IMG/VR virus record: IMGVR_UViG_3300025646_005482
Span: 96,331 to 160,330 of that record
From: a virus
DNA length: 64,000 nucleotides
Direction: 5' to 3' (one strand)
Under the pieces are notes generated by a model. That model ran no database searches. It saw only the letters and a program-made list of their open reading frames with translations, and was not told the origin of the DNA. The number at the start of each line of letters is the position of its first letter. The stretch's first letter is position 1. Below, piece after piece: positions 19,160 to 27,491 of the stretch. The position numbers and the translations under genes are program-made.

Positions 19160-19786
19160 ATGTTTCAATTACCATACTCTCTTGTTCCTCCATACGAACT
19201 TCCCCATTTTGGTGTCATGGAAAAAGTGTTCGACGAAGAAGAAGTCGAACGCATTCGTTTCTATGAAAAAATTCTAGATTTTCAAGATGCTACGATTGTT
19301 GGGCAACAACAAGGCGATGAAGCTTCGCAAGAACAAACAGCCAGAATTGCAAAAAATGCAAGTATTCCACATGACGAAAATACTGTTTGGTTGTGGAATA
19401 AGATAGCGCATTTATCAGCAAAAGCAAATTATGATTTATTTTTATACGACATTTCTTTTCTCGAAGATTTAAGTTATACTGTCTACATAGGTACAGATAA
19501 CGGACACTATACAAAACACATAGATACTTCTTTATTTGGTTATCGCAGATACGATAGAAAAATATCTGGTATTTTAGTGTTGTCTGATCCAGATGAATAT
19601 GAAGGAGGCACTCTGAGTATTGATGTATACGGTGGCGCGCCTGAAGACAGATGGACGAGAATAGAAAAACCGAATAAAGGTGATTTAATTTTCTTTGATT
19701 CTAATTTCATTCACACGGTAGAACCAGTGACTAGTGGTAAACGTCAAGTGTTAGTATTTTGGGTACACGGTAAACAAAAACTATGA
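19160..19786 (+). CDS. 2OG-Fe(II) oxygenase (prolyl 4-hydroxylase/PKHD-like)
   Basis: HID iron motif, RKISGILVLSDPDEYEGG and distal H..V.PVTSGKR..LV.W. Confidence 0.9.
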   Translation: MFQLPYSLVPPYELPHFGVMEKVFDEEEVERIRFYEKILDFQDATIVGQQQGDEASQEQTARIAKNASIPHDENTVWLWNKIAHLSAKANYDLFLYDISFLEDLSYTVYIGTDNGHYTKHIDTSLFGYRRYDRKISGILVLSDPDEYEGGTLSIDVYGGAPEDRWTRIEKPNKGDLIFFDSNFIHTVEPVTSGKRQVLVFWVHGKQKL

Positions 19787-20496
19787 AAAGATTTTTTGGT
19801 AATGATATCATTGAGTTTTATACTTCTGATGATTTATATGGAAGTATACCCGAACCTGTAGAAGCAGCTAAATGTGTACCAGATTGGTTTAAAAAACTAA
19901 AACCATTCGTTGGAAGATCACGCGAAGGATTTCCTGAACCTACTGCAAAAAGATGCTTGCCTTTATTAGATGCGATGACTCACGGCTATATCATCCCATT
20001 ACAAGGTGATATTCATGTCATTTCTAATCATGATCTCAGTGTTATCAAGGCTAATGAACGAAACAGAGATGCTCTCTTCTTGATGGATGGACATCCTAGT
20101 TTTCAAGTAGATTCTGCTGCATGGCCAGTTCAAAAACAACATCCACTCAAATTTATCAATAAGTGGAGAATTAAAACGCGACCAGGTTGGTCGGTCCTTT
20201 TTACTGCGCCTTTAAATCATATTGGAATGCCATTTACAATTTTAAGTGGTGTTGTTGATAGTGATAAATATCATCGCGAGGTAAATTTTCCTGCAATATG
20301 GCATGTGCCTAATTATGATGGTACTTTAAAAGCTGGCATGCCATTAGCTCAAGTAATTCCATTTAAAAGAGAAAAGTTTCCTAAGGCAAAGCCGAGAGTA
20401 CAAAATAAAAAAGAAAGACAACATGAAGAAAAATTACGAGTTGCTATGGATAGCAGACATGGAGCTTATACTGAAGAGCTGAGAGAAAAGAGATAA
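19783..20496 (+). CDS. Conserved phage protein (DUF6065-like, probable dUTPase-like beta fold), paralog 1
   Basis: PDWFK..TAKRCLPLLDAMTHGYIIP..GVVDSD..NFP..AGMPLAQVIPFKR. Confidence 0.6.
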   Translation: MKRFFGNDIIEFYTSDDLYGSIPEPVEAAKCVPDWFKKLKPFVGRSREGFPEPTAKRCLPLLDAMTHGYIIPLQGDIHVISNHDLSVIKANERNRDALFLMDGHPSFQVDSAAWPVQKQHPLKFINKWRIKTRPGWSVLFTAPLNHIGMPFTILSGVVDSDKYHREVNFPAIWHVPNYDGTLKAGMPLAQVIPFKREKFPKAKPRVQNKKERQHEEKLRVAMDSRHGAYTEELREKR

Positions 20497-20504
20497 ATAG
20501 TAAT

Positions 20505-20762
20505 ATGAAGATATGGGATAAAATAGTTGCAAAGATCGATGCGTGGCTTCACGACGAATTCGAAGTCACCATTTATTTTGCAGGTGAAGTAATCGAAAAA
20601 CCAGACGGCAGCAAAGTCACTACAGGCAATCCGAAAACATATGTATGTAGTAAGTTGATTAAGGTTACTGAGACACATTTTAAATTTATAACAACCGATA
20701 AAAGATTAGTGGAGATTAAAACGGTAGCACCTGTGAGCTATGACGTCGTCAAAATCAAATAG
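20505..20762 (+). CDS. Hypothetical protein
   Basis: 85-aa ORF in operon context. Confidence 0.65.
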   Translation: MKIWDKIVAKIDAWLHDEFEVTIYFAGEVIEKPDGSKVTTGNPKTYVCSKLIKVTETHFKFITTDKRLVEIKTVAPVSYDVVKIK

Positions 20763-20770
20763 GAGCTAAC

Positions 20771-21100
20771 ATGGCCGAAGAAGAAAAAGAAGTAAAAGGC
20801 TTTCATCCAGCAGATACTAATGGTGACGGTAAAGTCAGTGAAGAAGAGCATGCAATGTATATGGAGTTTAAGAGAAAGGAACTAGAAGATGCCGATGCAA
20901 TGCGAGACGCACAACGAAATATGGCGTGGTTCTCTCTTGCTGGTATGCTTTTGTATCCCGCCATGGTTGTTGCTACTGATCTTGCTGGGTTAGAAAAAGC
21001 ATCGAACATTTTAGGTGATATGGCGCCGACCTATTTTGTTGCAGTCGCTGGTTTAGTTGCAGCGTTCTTTGGCGCACAAGCATGGAGCAAAGGTAAGTAA
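20771..21100 (+). CDS. Putative holin-like membrane protein with N-terminal EF-hand-like loop
   Basis: DTNGDGKVSEEE loop, two hydrophobic helices, SD AGGAG, directly upstream of the spanin pair. Confidence 0.6.
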   Translation: MAEEEKEVKGFHPADTNGDGKVSEEEHAMYMEFKRKELEDADAMRDAQRNMAWFSLAGMLLYPAMVVATDLAGLEKASNILGDMAPTYFVAVAGLVAAFFGAQAWSKGK

Positions 21101-21101
21101 T

Positions 21102-21497
21102 ATGCCGTATTTGATTTTATTATTGTTGCTTGGATCGATGGGCGGAGGCGCTTGGTATTATTATACCGATACACAAGAGCGCCTTGCAGTCCTTCGTGAT
21201 AACAATGCAAAGCTAATGATGGTGGCTGAGACTAATCAAGAAACCATCAACAGTCTGCAACGTGACTATGAACTCGCACAAGAGAACATGCTCGCACTTG
21301 CAGAGAGGGCGAAAGCAGCAGAAGTGTATCAAGACGAATTGGCTGCAAAGCTACGTCGTCATGACCTCACACGACTGACCCTACAAAAACCTGGACTAAT
21401 TGAAAAGAGAGTAAACAATGCTACGGACAAGATTTTCTCAGAGCTTGAAGTCGATTCTGGCGCTGAGCCTGTTGTTCCCGCTGATCAGCCTGAATAG
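21102..21497 (+). CDS. Inner-membrane spanin (Rz-like)
   Basis: Probable start ATG 21102; N-terminal TM (MPYLILLLLLG) followed by a coiled coil; overlaps a lipoprotein gene. Confidence 0.7.
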   Translation: MPYLILLLLLGSMGGGAWYYYTDTQERLAVLRDNNAKLMMVAETNQETINSLQRDYELAQENMLALAERAKAAEVYQDELAAKLRRHDLTRLTLQKPGLIEKRVNNATDKIFSELEVDSGAEPVVPADQPE

Positions 21498-21879
21498 TGG
21501 TTGTGCAAGCGTAGAACCAACTGTCGTAGTCAAGACCGACTACGTCGTCAAGGATATTCCTATCCAACCCCGCCCTAAACCTATGAATCTGCATAGGGTA
21601 AAGTTTTATGCTGTGACTCCTGAAAACATGGATGAGTTCCTCGTTCGGTTTGAAGAAGAGAGTGGTACTACTGTGTTCTTTGCATTGAGTGTTCCCGATT
21701 ATGAGAACATGAGCCTGAACGTAGCAGAACTGCGTCGATATATAAACCAGCAGAAAGCTCTAATTGTATATTATGAGGAATCTATCGAGACGATGATCAG
21801 AGAAACCCCAGAAGATACAGAAGAGGTAGTGCAAGAAGGAACAGATTCTCTGTTTGACCTTTTACCAAAATTTGATTGA
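21418..21879 (+). CDS. Outer-membrane spanin lipoprotein (Rz1-like)
   Basis: Signal peptide with lipobox-like LNSGC and a Pro-rich segment; overlaps the i-spanin 3' end. Confidence 0.7.
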   Translation: MLRTRFSQSLKSILALSLLFPLISLNSGCASVEPTVVVKTDYVVKDIPIQPRPKPMNLHRVKFYAVTPENMDEFLVRFEEESGTTVFFALSVPDYENMSLNVAELRRYINQQKALIVYYEESIETMIRETPEDTEEVVQEGTDSLFDLLPKFD

Positions 21880-22643
21880 GTAATAACTTTATGGGAATAA
21901 GATTCTCTGATATGTCAGGCCAGTTGTATACTGTTCATCCAATAGTCCCTGCAAGGTCTGTCGAGCCAGTACATAGAAAAATTCAAATGGAAAAATACAA
22001 CAGCGAGATGTTTGCGCTGTGTCCTGGTATCATGGACTTTAAAAATACTGGTTGGATTATGCCAGCGTGGGATGATATTAGAGTATACTGTTCTGAGAAA
22101 GCATCGATGGCGTATGCTGGCGGTCAAAAAAGACCACACAACTGGAAGCTTCCGCAGCCAGTAAAAAAAGTAGAATACTATGATGGCAGAGCTCACGCCG
22201 GTCCGATGGATAAGAGAATGGTCGATGGTGTTCCTGCAAATCACGGTTGTCCTATAAAAACAGGAACACAACCACTGCACTTTCAGTCCCCTTGGGCATG
22301 TGAAATGTTTGGTGATGATGTTGTTTCATTGATGTTATTGCCTCCATATTATCATAGTGATATAGTTGATCATGTGCAAGTTTATCCTGGCATTGTCGAT
22401 TATAATAATAAATTTGATACAATGAGTGTTGTACTAGCACCTCGTACACAGGGAACATTTACTATTAAAGCTGGAGAACCTTTAGTACATATTATTCCTA
22501 TTGAAAAGAAAACATACAATGCAGAATACGGTCCAGCAAAAATGAATCGCATGAAAGGACTGGTAGCTACGTGTAATCATTTTTATAGAAAATATATGAT
22601 GAGGAAAAGTCGTTATAATTTGGAATTGAATGAAGATGTTTGA
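21876..22643 (+). CDS. Conserved phage protein (DUF6065-like), paralog 2
   Basis: CPGIMDF..GWIMPAW..SPW..PGIVD..IKAGEPLVHIIP parallels the protein at 19783..20496. Confidence 0.6.
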   Translation: MSNNFMGIRFSDMSGQLYTVHPIVPARSVEPVHRKIQMEKYNSEMFALCPGIMDFKNTGWIMPAWDDIRVYCSEKASMAYAGGQKRPHNWKLPQPVKKVEYYDGRAHAGPMDKRMVDGVPANHGCPIKTGTQPLHFQSPWACEMFGDDVVSLMLLPPYYHSDIVDHVQVYPGIVDYNNKFDTMSVVLAPRTQGTFTIKAGEPLVHIIPIEKKTYNAEYGPAKMNRMKGLVATCNHFYRKYMMRKSRYNLELNEDV

Positions 22644-23433
22644 TAAAGAAAAACTGCGAGAATTAAAAGAAACTCTAAGACATGACGACAGACCAATTTT
22701 CCTAGAGAATGTATTAGATTCTCCTGAAGATTGGGCGAGTTGGAAGGATATAACTTATTGTTGTGAGAATCCGAGCATATACGATGTACGCTACTTTAAT
22801 AAAGTAGAATCTAAATATGATGGTGTGACCGTAGTAAAGCTCATGACTAATTCAGAGAATGAAGTTCATGCTATTGAACGCAGAGGAAGTTTAACTCGTA
22901 AAAATAAGAGATTAAATCCAGTTAAAGTTGTTGATGCTAAAAAGCTTTTAGACAAAAATCATTCTATCATAATTACTAATTTTGAATATAAAAATGAAAA
23001 TTGTAAGAGCATGATTGATTTTCTATGTCATCTATTTTATTACAATGTTGAAAATCATGGTGTATGGCCTGCAAAAATTGGTCCCAATTCTGGTCATGCC
23101 CATTGTTATGCAGGCAAAAAAGAAAGTAATTCTTTTTCTCCGCATGTAGATGGACCAGCGAATTTTATTTTTCAAATTGAAGGTCAACAAAAATTTACGG
23201 TGTACGAAAATAGAAAGTGTGCTTTAACAGAAATTGCCATGCCCGCAGATGCTACACTCGAATATAGAAAAGAAGTTTATGACAATCTGAGAGTATATGA
23301 AGAAAGAATAATGAATCCTGGTGATATGGTATATGTGCCATCTAGAACATATCATTATGTAGAACCAGTATCTGATCGTATTTCAATGAGTTTTCCTTTG
23401 ATCCTAAAGGGACCTACCTCGGTAATGTTGTAA
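22630..23433 (+). CDS. JmjC/cupin-type 2OG oxygenase (ribosomal-oxygenase/YcfD-like)
   Basis: SFSPHVD..NFIFQIEGQQKF and PGDMVYVPSRTYHYV give an HxD...H triad. Confidence 0.8.
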   Translation: MKMFDKEKLRELKETLRHDDRPIFLENVLDSPEDWASWKDITYCCENPSIYDVRYFNKVESKYDGVTVVKLMTNSENEVHAIERRGSLTRKNKRLNPVKVVDAKKLLDKNHSIIITNFEYKNENCKSMIDFLCHLFYYNVENHGVWPAKIGPNSGHAHCYAGKKESNSFSPHVDGPANFIFQIEGQQKFTVYENRKCALTEIAMPADATLEYRKEVYDNLRVYEERIMNPGDMVYVPSRTYHYVEPVSDRISMSFPLILKGPTSVML

Positions 23434-24104
23434 TGGAAATCAATATTAAACGACATGAATTGTGGACAGAAAGTATGTTCGAAATTCATTTGCCAGACAT
23501 AGACAATGAATCTATCATAAAGTTTTATGATGAAATAGAAAAAGTTGATCCTGGCCAAAAAAGATCCAACATTGGTGGTTGGCAAAGAGAAGTAAATCCC
23601 GGGGAATGTCAAGCATACGATGAATTGATGTATATGATGGCATACGCTGTCACAGATATTTTTAGAAATGTATTTAAATTGCCAATAGATTTAGCTATAG
23701 CAAATTCTTGGCTAAATTCTAATATATTAGGCGAGAATAATGCATTTCATACACATCCCGGCTGTGTTTATTCTGGTGTCTATTATATCAATGCTTCAAA
23801 AGATAAAGAAAATGGGTCTATTACATTTGTAAACCCTCAGCATCATGTGATCGAAGATTGGATTTCAAATTTGCCATTACGAAGTAACGGCGACATTGAT
23901 CATAAACAATGTGAAGTGTTGCATGAAGATAAACAGTTTGCTTCTACACAACATTTTGAACCCAAATCAAACTATGCTTATGTTTTTCCGCCGTGGACGG
24001 GACATGAAGTAAGAAAAAATCCACATTCCTTTAATCGTCTAGTTGCTGGAATCAATTTTAGACCAGCAAATCAGCCATTGCCTGAATTAAAAGATAGAGT
24101 TTAG
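23433..24104 (+). CDS. Putative 2OG-Fe(II) oxygenase (TIGR02466-like)
   Basis: SNIGGWQ, W.N, HTHP..SGVYY, FPPW..HEV and R...NF. Confidence 0.8.
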   Translation: MEINIKRHELWTESMFEIHLPDIDNESIIKFYDEIEKVDPGQKRSNIGGWQREVNPGECQAYDELMYMMAYAVTDIFRNVFKLPIDLAIANSWLNSNILGENNAFHTHPGCVYSGVYYINASKDKENGSITFVNPQHHVIEDWISNLPLRSNGDIDHKQCEVLHEDKQFASTQHFEPKSNYAYVFPPWTGHEVRKNPHSFNRLVAGINFRPANQPLPELKDRV

Positions 24105-24115
24105 TCCGTCAATCT

Positions 24116-24123
24116 TATAAATA
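24116..24123 (+). promoter_or_regulatory. T4-type late promoter
   Basis: TATAAATA followed by a CATAAATA variant, upstream of 24157. Confidence 0.75.
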
Positions 24124-24156
24124 CATAAATAAATGTAACTCAAACAGGATCTTTTT

Positions 24157-24516
24157 ATGGCCACTGCCCGCTCTGAAGACCTGACGGTTGTACAAGGTAC
24201 AGACGCGCTCTTCAAAATTAATATAAAGGATACTTCGGGCAACGCCTTTGACGTTAGCTCAAAATCATTCTCTGCTTCCCTTAAAAAATCCTACAGCGCT
24301 GATGATGCTACTGCTATCAATTTTACTACTGCAATCAGTAATGCTGTTGGAGGTGTTATTTCTATCTCATTGTCTGACACCCAAACACTTGCTTTGGATG
24401 TCAACACTCGTTATGTTTACGATGTAATGATGTACAATACAGCAGGGTCAACTGAAATTACAAACATTTTAAAAGGCAAAGTGTTCGTAGAAGCAAGTGT
24501 AACGAGGGTGTCGTAA
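24157..24516 (+). CDS. Small Ig-like virion/fibre-attachment protein
   Basis: QGTD..I..D..G..D..F.A..K..G.I.ISL..T..L..RYVYDV..G.V.V..VTR pattern, common in T4-like marine phages. Confidence 0.65.
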   Translation: MATARSEDLTVVQGTDALFKINIKDTSGNAFDVSSKSFSASLKKSYSADDATAINFTTAISNAVGGVISISLSDTQTLALDVNTRYVYDVMMYNTAGSTEITNILKGKVFVEASVTRVS

Positions 24517-24773
24517 TGTCAACTATTATTGTACGTACCGTAACAGATGCTAACGCGAATACAAAAAACGATACACTTACTCATACCGAACTCGATAATA
24601 ATTTTATCAATCTAAATAATGATAAGTATGAGCAAGGTGATGATATTGTTGCAAATACGGTTAGTATTACTGGTGGAACTTCTTCACAATTTCTCATGGC
24701 AGATGGCTCTACATCTACCCAAACAGGTGCAACTGTCGACGATGCGACTGCACTCGCAATAGCACTAGGATAA
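24516..24773 (+). CDS. Short fibre-like protein
   Basis: LTHTELDNNF N-terminal motif, GGTSSQFLMADGS and C-terminal ATALAIALG adaptor motif. Confidence 0.65.
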   Translation: MSTIIVRTVTDANANTKNDTLTHTELDNNFINLNNDKYEQGDDIVANTVSITGGTSSQFLMADGSTSTQTGATVDDATALAIALG

Positions 24774-24777
24774 ACAA

Positions 24778-25110
24778 ATGGCAAATACATTTAAGAATGC
24801 TGCACTCGCTGACGTAAATAATGCTGCGTACGACACTCTTTATACATGTCCCAGCGCAACTACAGCAATCGTCCTCGGCGTGGCTATTACAAACAAATTA
24901 GCTCAAGCTGTAAGTATTACAGTTCAATTCGCTGATACATCGGCGAGTACGACACATCAATTACTCGAACAAGTTGAAATTCCGGGTAGAACCACTCTCG
25001 AAGTATTAGCTGGTCAAAAGTATGTGCTAGAAGCATCTGATATATTTAAATGCAAAGCAGGAACAGCTTCAGCTATTGATGTTACTATGGGCCTGATGGA
25101 GATCACCTAA
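24778..25110 (+). CDS. Fibre-associated small structural protein
   Basis: MANTFKN..LYTCPSATTAIV..K.VLEASD; this family usually follows ..AIALG genes. Confidence 0.65.
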   Translation: MANTFKNAALADVNNAAYDTLYTCPSATTAIVLGVAITNKLAQAVSITVQFADTSASTTHQLLEQVEIPGRTTLEVLAGQKYVLEASDIFKCKAGTASAIDVTMGLMEIT

Positions 25111-25844
25111 TGGCTCTTACCAAAATTGGTATCCTTAGAAATTTTCTATCCACTGGTATCGATGATAATGCAACCAGTACTGCACTTACGATCGATGCCA
25201 ATGAAAATGCCACGTTCGCGAATGGTGTTACTGCGTCGTCTTTTTCTGGTGATGGTTCTGCACTCACAGGTATCGTATCTCTACCTGATGCTATCGAAGT
25301 TGAATCAGGCGCTGCTGCCAATTCATTCATCATACAAGCAGATGGCGATGTAGTTTTAACTTCGAATCTATCTGCTGTATATGTAACGGCCAATTTGAAT
25401 GCCACTACTGTATCAGTTAATGATTTAACCGTCAGTAACACATATACTCATGGAACCGGCAACTACGTTCAAAATCGTTATGTGTTGCATGGAACGACGA
25501 CCAATAATACCGAAACAGAAATTTTTACTATTAATTCAAATGGTAGAGTCCCTGTTGATACTAATACAACTGTATTTTATGAGGCATCGTTTGCAGCACG
25601 ACGAACAGATGCTACTGGTGAATCTGCTGCTTGGCACCTTAAAGGTGTAGCTGACAATTTTAGCGGTACGGTCGCTGATGTAGGCAACGTTTATGAGATC
25701 GCCGTTGCGCAAGATGATATAAATCTTGCGGTAGATATACGAGCAGATAATACTAATGATGCTATAGGAGTGTTTGTCACTGGCGCGACTAGTAAAAATT
25801 ATAGTTGGTCGGTTGTTCTAACAACGGTTGAGGTATCACAATAA
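25110..25844 (+). CDS. Fibre-like structural protein
   Basis: STGIDDNATSTALTID and ASSFSGDGSALTG marine fibre motifs. Confidence 0.6.
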   Translation: MALTKIGILRNFLSTGIDDNATSTALTIDANENATFANGVTASSFSGDGSALTGIVSLPDAIEVESGAAANSFIIQADGDVVLTSNLSAVYVTANLNATTVSVNDLTVSNTYTHGTGNYVQNRYVLHGTTTNNTETEIFTINSNGRVPVDTNTTVFYEASFAARRTDATGESAAWHLKGVADNFSGTVADVGNVYEIAVAQDDINLAVDIRADNTNDAIGVFVTGATSKNYSWSVVLTTVEVSQ

Positions 25845-27184
25845 TGGCAAGGCGCAGACGAAGTTTCTTCTTTGATAACATCAACAAAAAATTGTTGACG
25901 GATACAACAAAGAATACAAAAGATGTCAAAGATGACGTAGATGCTGCTGTAGTCGCTAATAACCATATTATGACTAAAGAAGAAATTCAGGATGAAATCT
26001 CTTCAACTTTGACAACTGATGGTTATGCTACACAGACTTATGTAAATTCTACAGTATCTACTTCGAATACTGCGTTAAAATCATACGTTGATACTAACTT
26101 CTCTACTACTACGGCGATGAATACCGCCATCGCATCATCAAATACTGCGATGAAGACATACGTCGATAATGAAGTTGCAAGTGTAGATCTATCATCATAT
26201 TCTACAACTATTCAGATGAACACAGCCATCGCATCATCAAATACTGCGATGAAAACGTATGTTGATAATGAAGTCGCGGGCATTGTCGATTCTGCGCCTG
26301 GAACATTAAATACTCTTAACGAGCTCGCTGCTGCGCTGGGTGATGATGCTAACTTCTCTACTACTACAGCAACATCGTTGGGTAATAGACTAAGAATAGA
26401 TACTGCTGCGCAAGGTTTGACGGGTACACAACAAACAAATGCGTTGACTAATCTTGGTATTACTGCATCTCTTACTGAGCTCAATAAGCTCGACGGTGTT
26501 ACTGCATCTACTACAGAACTGAATTATTTAGATGGTGTAACAAGTAATATTCAAACACAGTTAGACGGTAAACAAGCTTCAGGTAGTTATTTAACAGGTA
26601 ACCAAACAATTACATTGTCGGGAGATGTCAGTGGTTCAGGAACTACGAGCATTGTTGTTACAGTCGCAGACGATTCTCACAATCATATTATTTCAAATGT
26701 AGATGGCTTGCAGGCAGCACTTGATGCAAGAGTTACATCTCTTGCAGATCTCAGCATAACTGCAACAGCGACAGAACTCAATTATGTCGATGGTGTAACG
26801 TCTAATATTCAAACACAGTTAAACGCTAAGGCAAATTTAAGTGGAGCAACGTTTACAGGCGGAGTGGTTGCCTTACACTATATAGAGACTAAAGTAACCG
26901 CTGCATCAGGAACTGGTACAAAGACATTTAATTTAAATAGTGGTTCATCATTCGAATATACTGGCACAGGCGCTGGATTTACTGCAGCATTTAGTAATGT
27001 ACCCGGAACAAATACAATTTCTTGGACATTAAAAACAACTAATAGCGGCACTATTACTTGGCCAGCAGGAGTGAATTGGTCAGAAGGTGTAACACCACCT
27101 CCTTCAAGTGGCACCGATATCTATAGTTTCATAAGTATAGCCGGAACAATTTATGGCTCGCTAGCCATGAGAAACGCGAGTTAA
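25844..27184 (+). CDS. Tail fibre protein with shared C-terminal domain
   Basis: APGTLNTLNELAAALGDDANF, repeated SNTAMKTYVD and TELNY.DGVTSNIQTQL, LSGDVSGS..VADDSHNH, ending WSEG..PP..GTDIYSF. Confidence 0.75.
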   Translation: MARRRRSFFFDNINKKLLTDTTKNTKDVKDDVDAAVVANNHIMTKEEIQDEISSTLTTDGYATQTYVNSTVSTSNTALKSYVDTNFSTTTAMNTAIASSNTAMKTYVDNEVASVDLSSYSTTIQMNTAIASSNTAMKTYVDNEVAGIVDSAPGTLNTLNELAAALGDDANFSTTTATSLGNRLRIDTAAQGLTGTQQTNALTNLGITASLTELNKLDGVTASTTELNYLDGVTSNIQTQLDGKQASGSYLTGNQTITLSGDVSGSGTTSIVVTVADDSHNHIISNVDGLQAALDARVTSLADLSITATATELNYVDGVTSNIQTQLNAKANLSGATFTGGVVALHYIETKVTAASGTGTKTFNLNSGSSFEYTGTGAGFTAAFSNVPGTNTISWTLKTTNSGTITWPAGVNWSEGVTPPPSSGTDIYSFISIAGTIYGSLAMRNAS

Positions 27185-27224
27185 TAAACATAAATACATA
27201 TAGAAATTTTTACGGAGAATAACA

Positions 27225-27491
27225 ATGGCTGATTATTGGGTATATTGTAAAACTGGCAATACAACCAGATACGATAGAATAGCATTCAACATGGGTCATG
27301 AGATGACACCAGATCAAAAAGCTGACATAGAGGCTTCGACTGGTTTAACTCTTGACGATCCAATATTTTTTCAAGTAGCAGATGATTTTGATTTAGCTAG
27401 TATAGAATTTGATGCTGACGGTAATTTGTATGCCGTATCAGCGGCTGAAGCTGCAGAAAGGGATTTGAACGGTTGGCCGGAGCCTGAATAA
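27225..27491 (+). CDS. Acidic hypothetical protein
   Basis: SD GGAG, CATAAATA promoter variant at 27189, TAATG coupling to the next gene. Confidence 0.65.
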   Translation: MADYWVYCKTGNTTRYDRIAFNMGHEMTPDQKADIEASTGLTLDDPIFFQVADDFDLASIEFDADGNLYAVSAAEAAERDLNGWPEPE

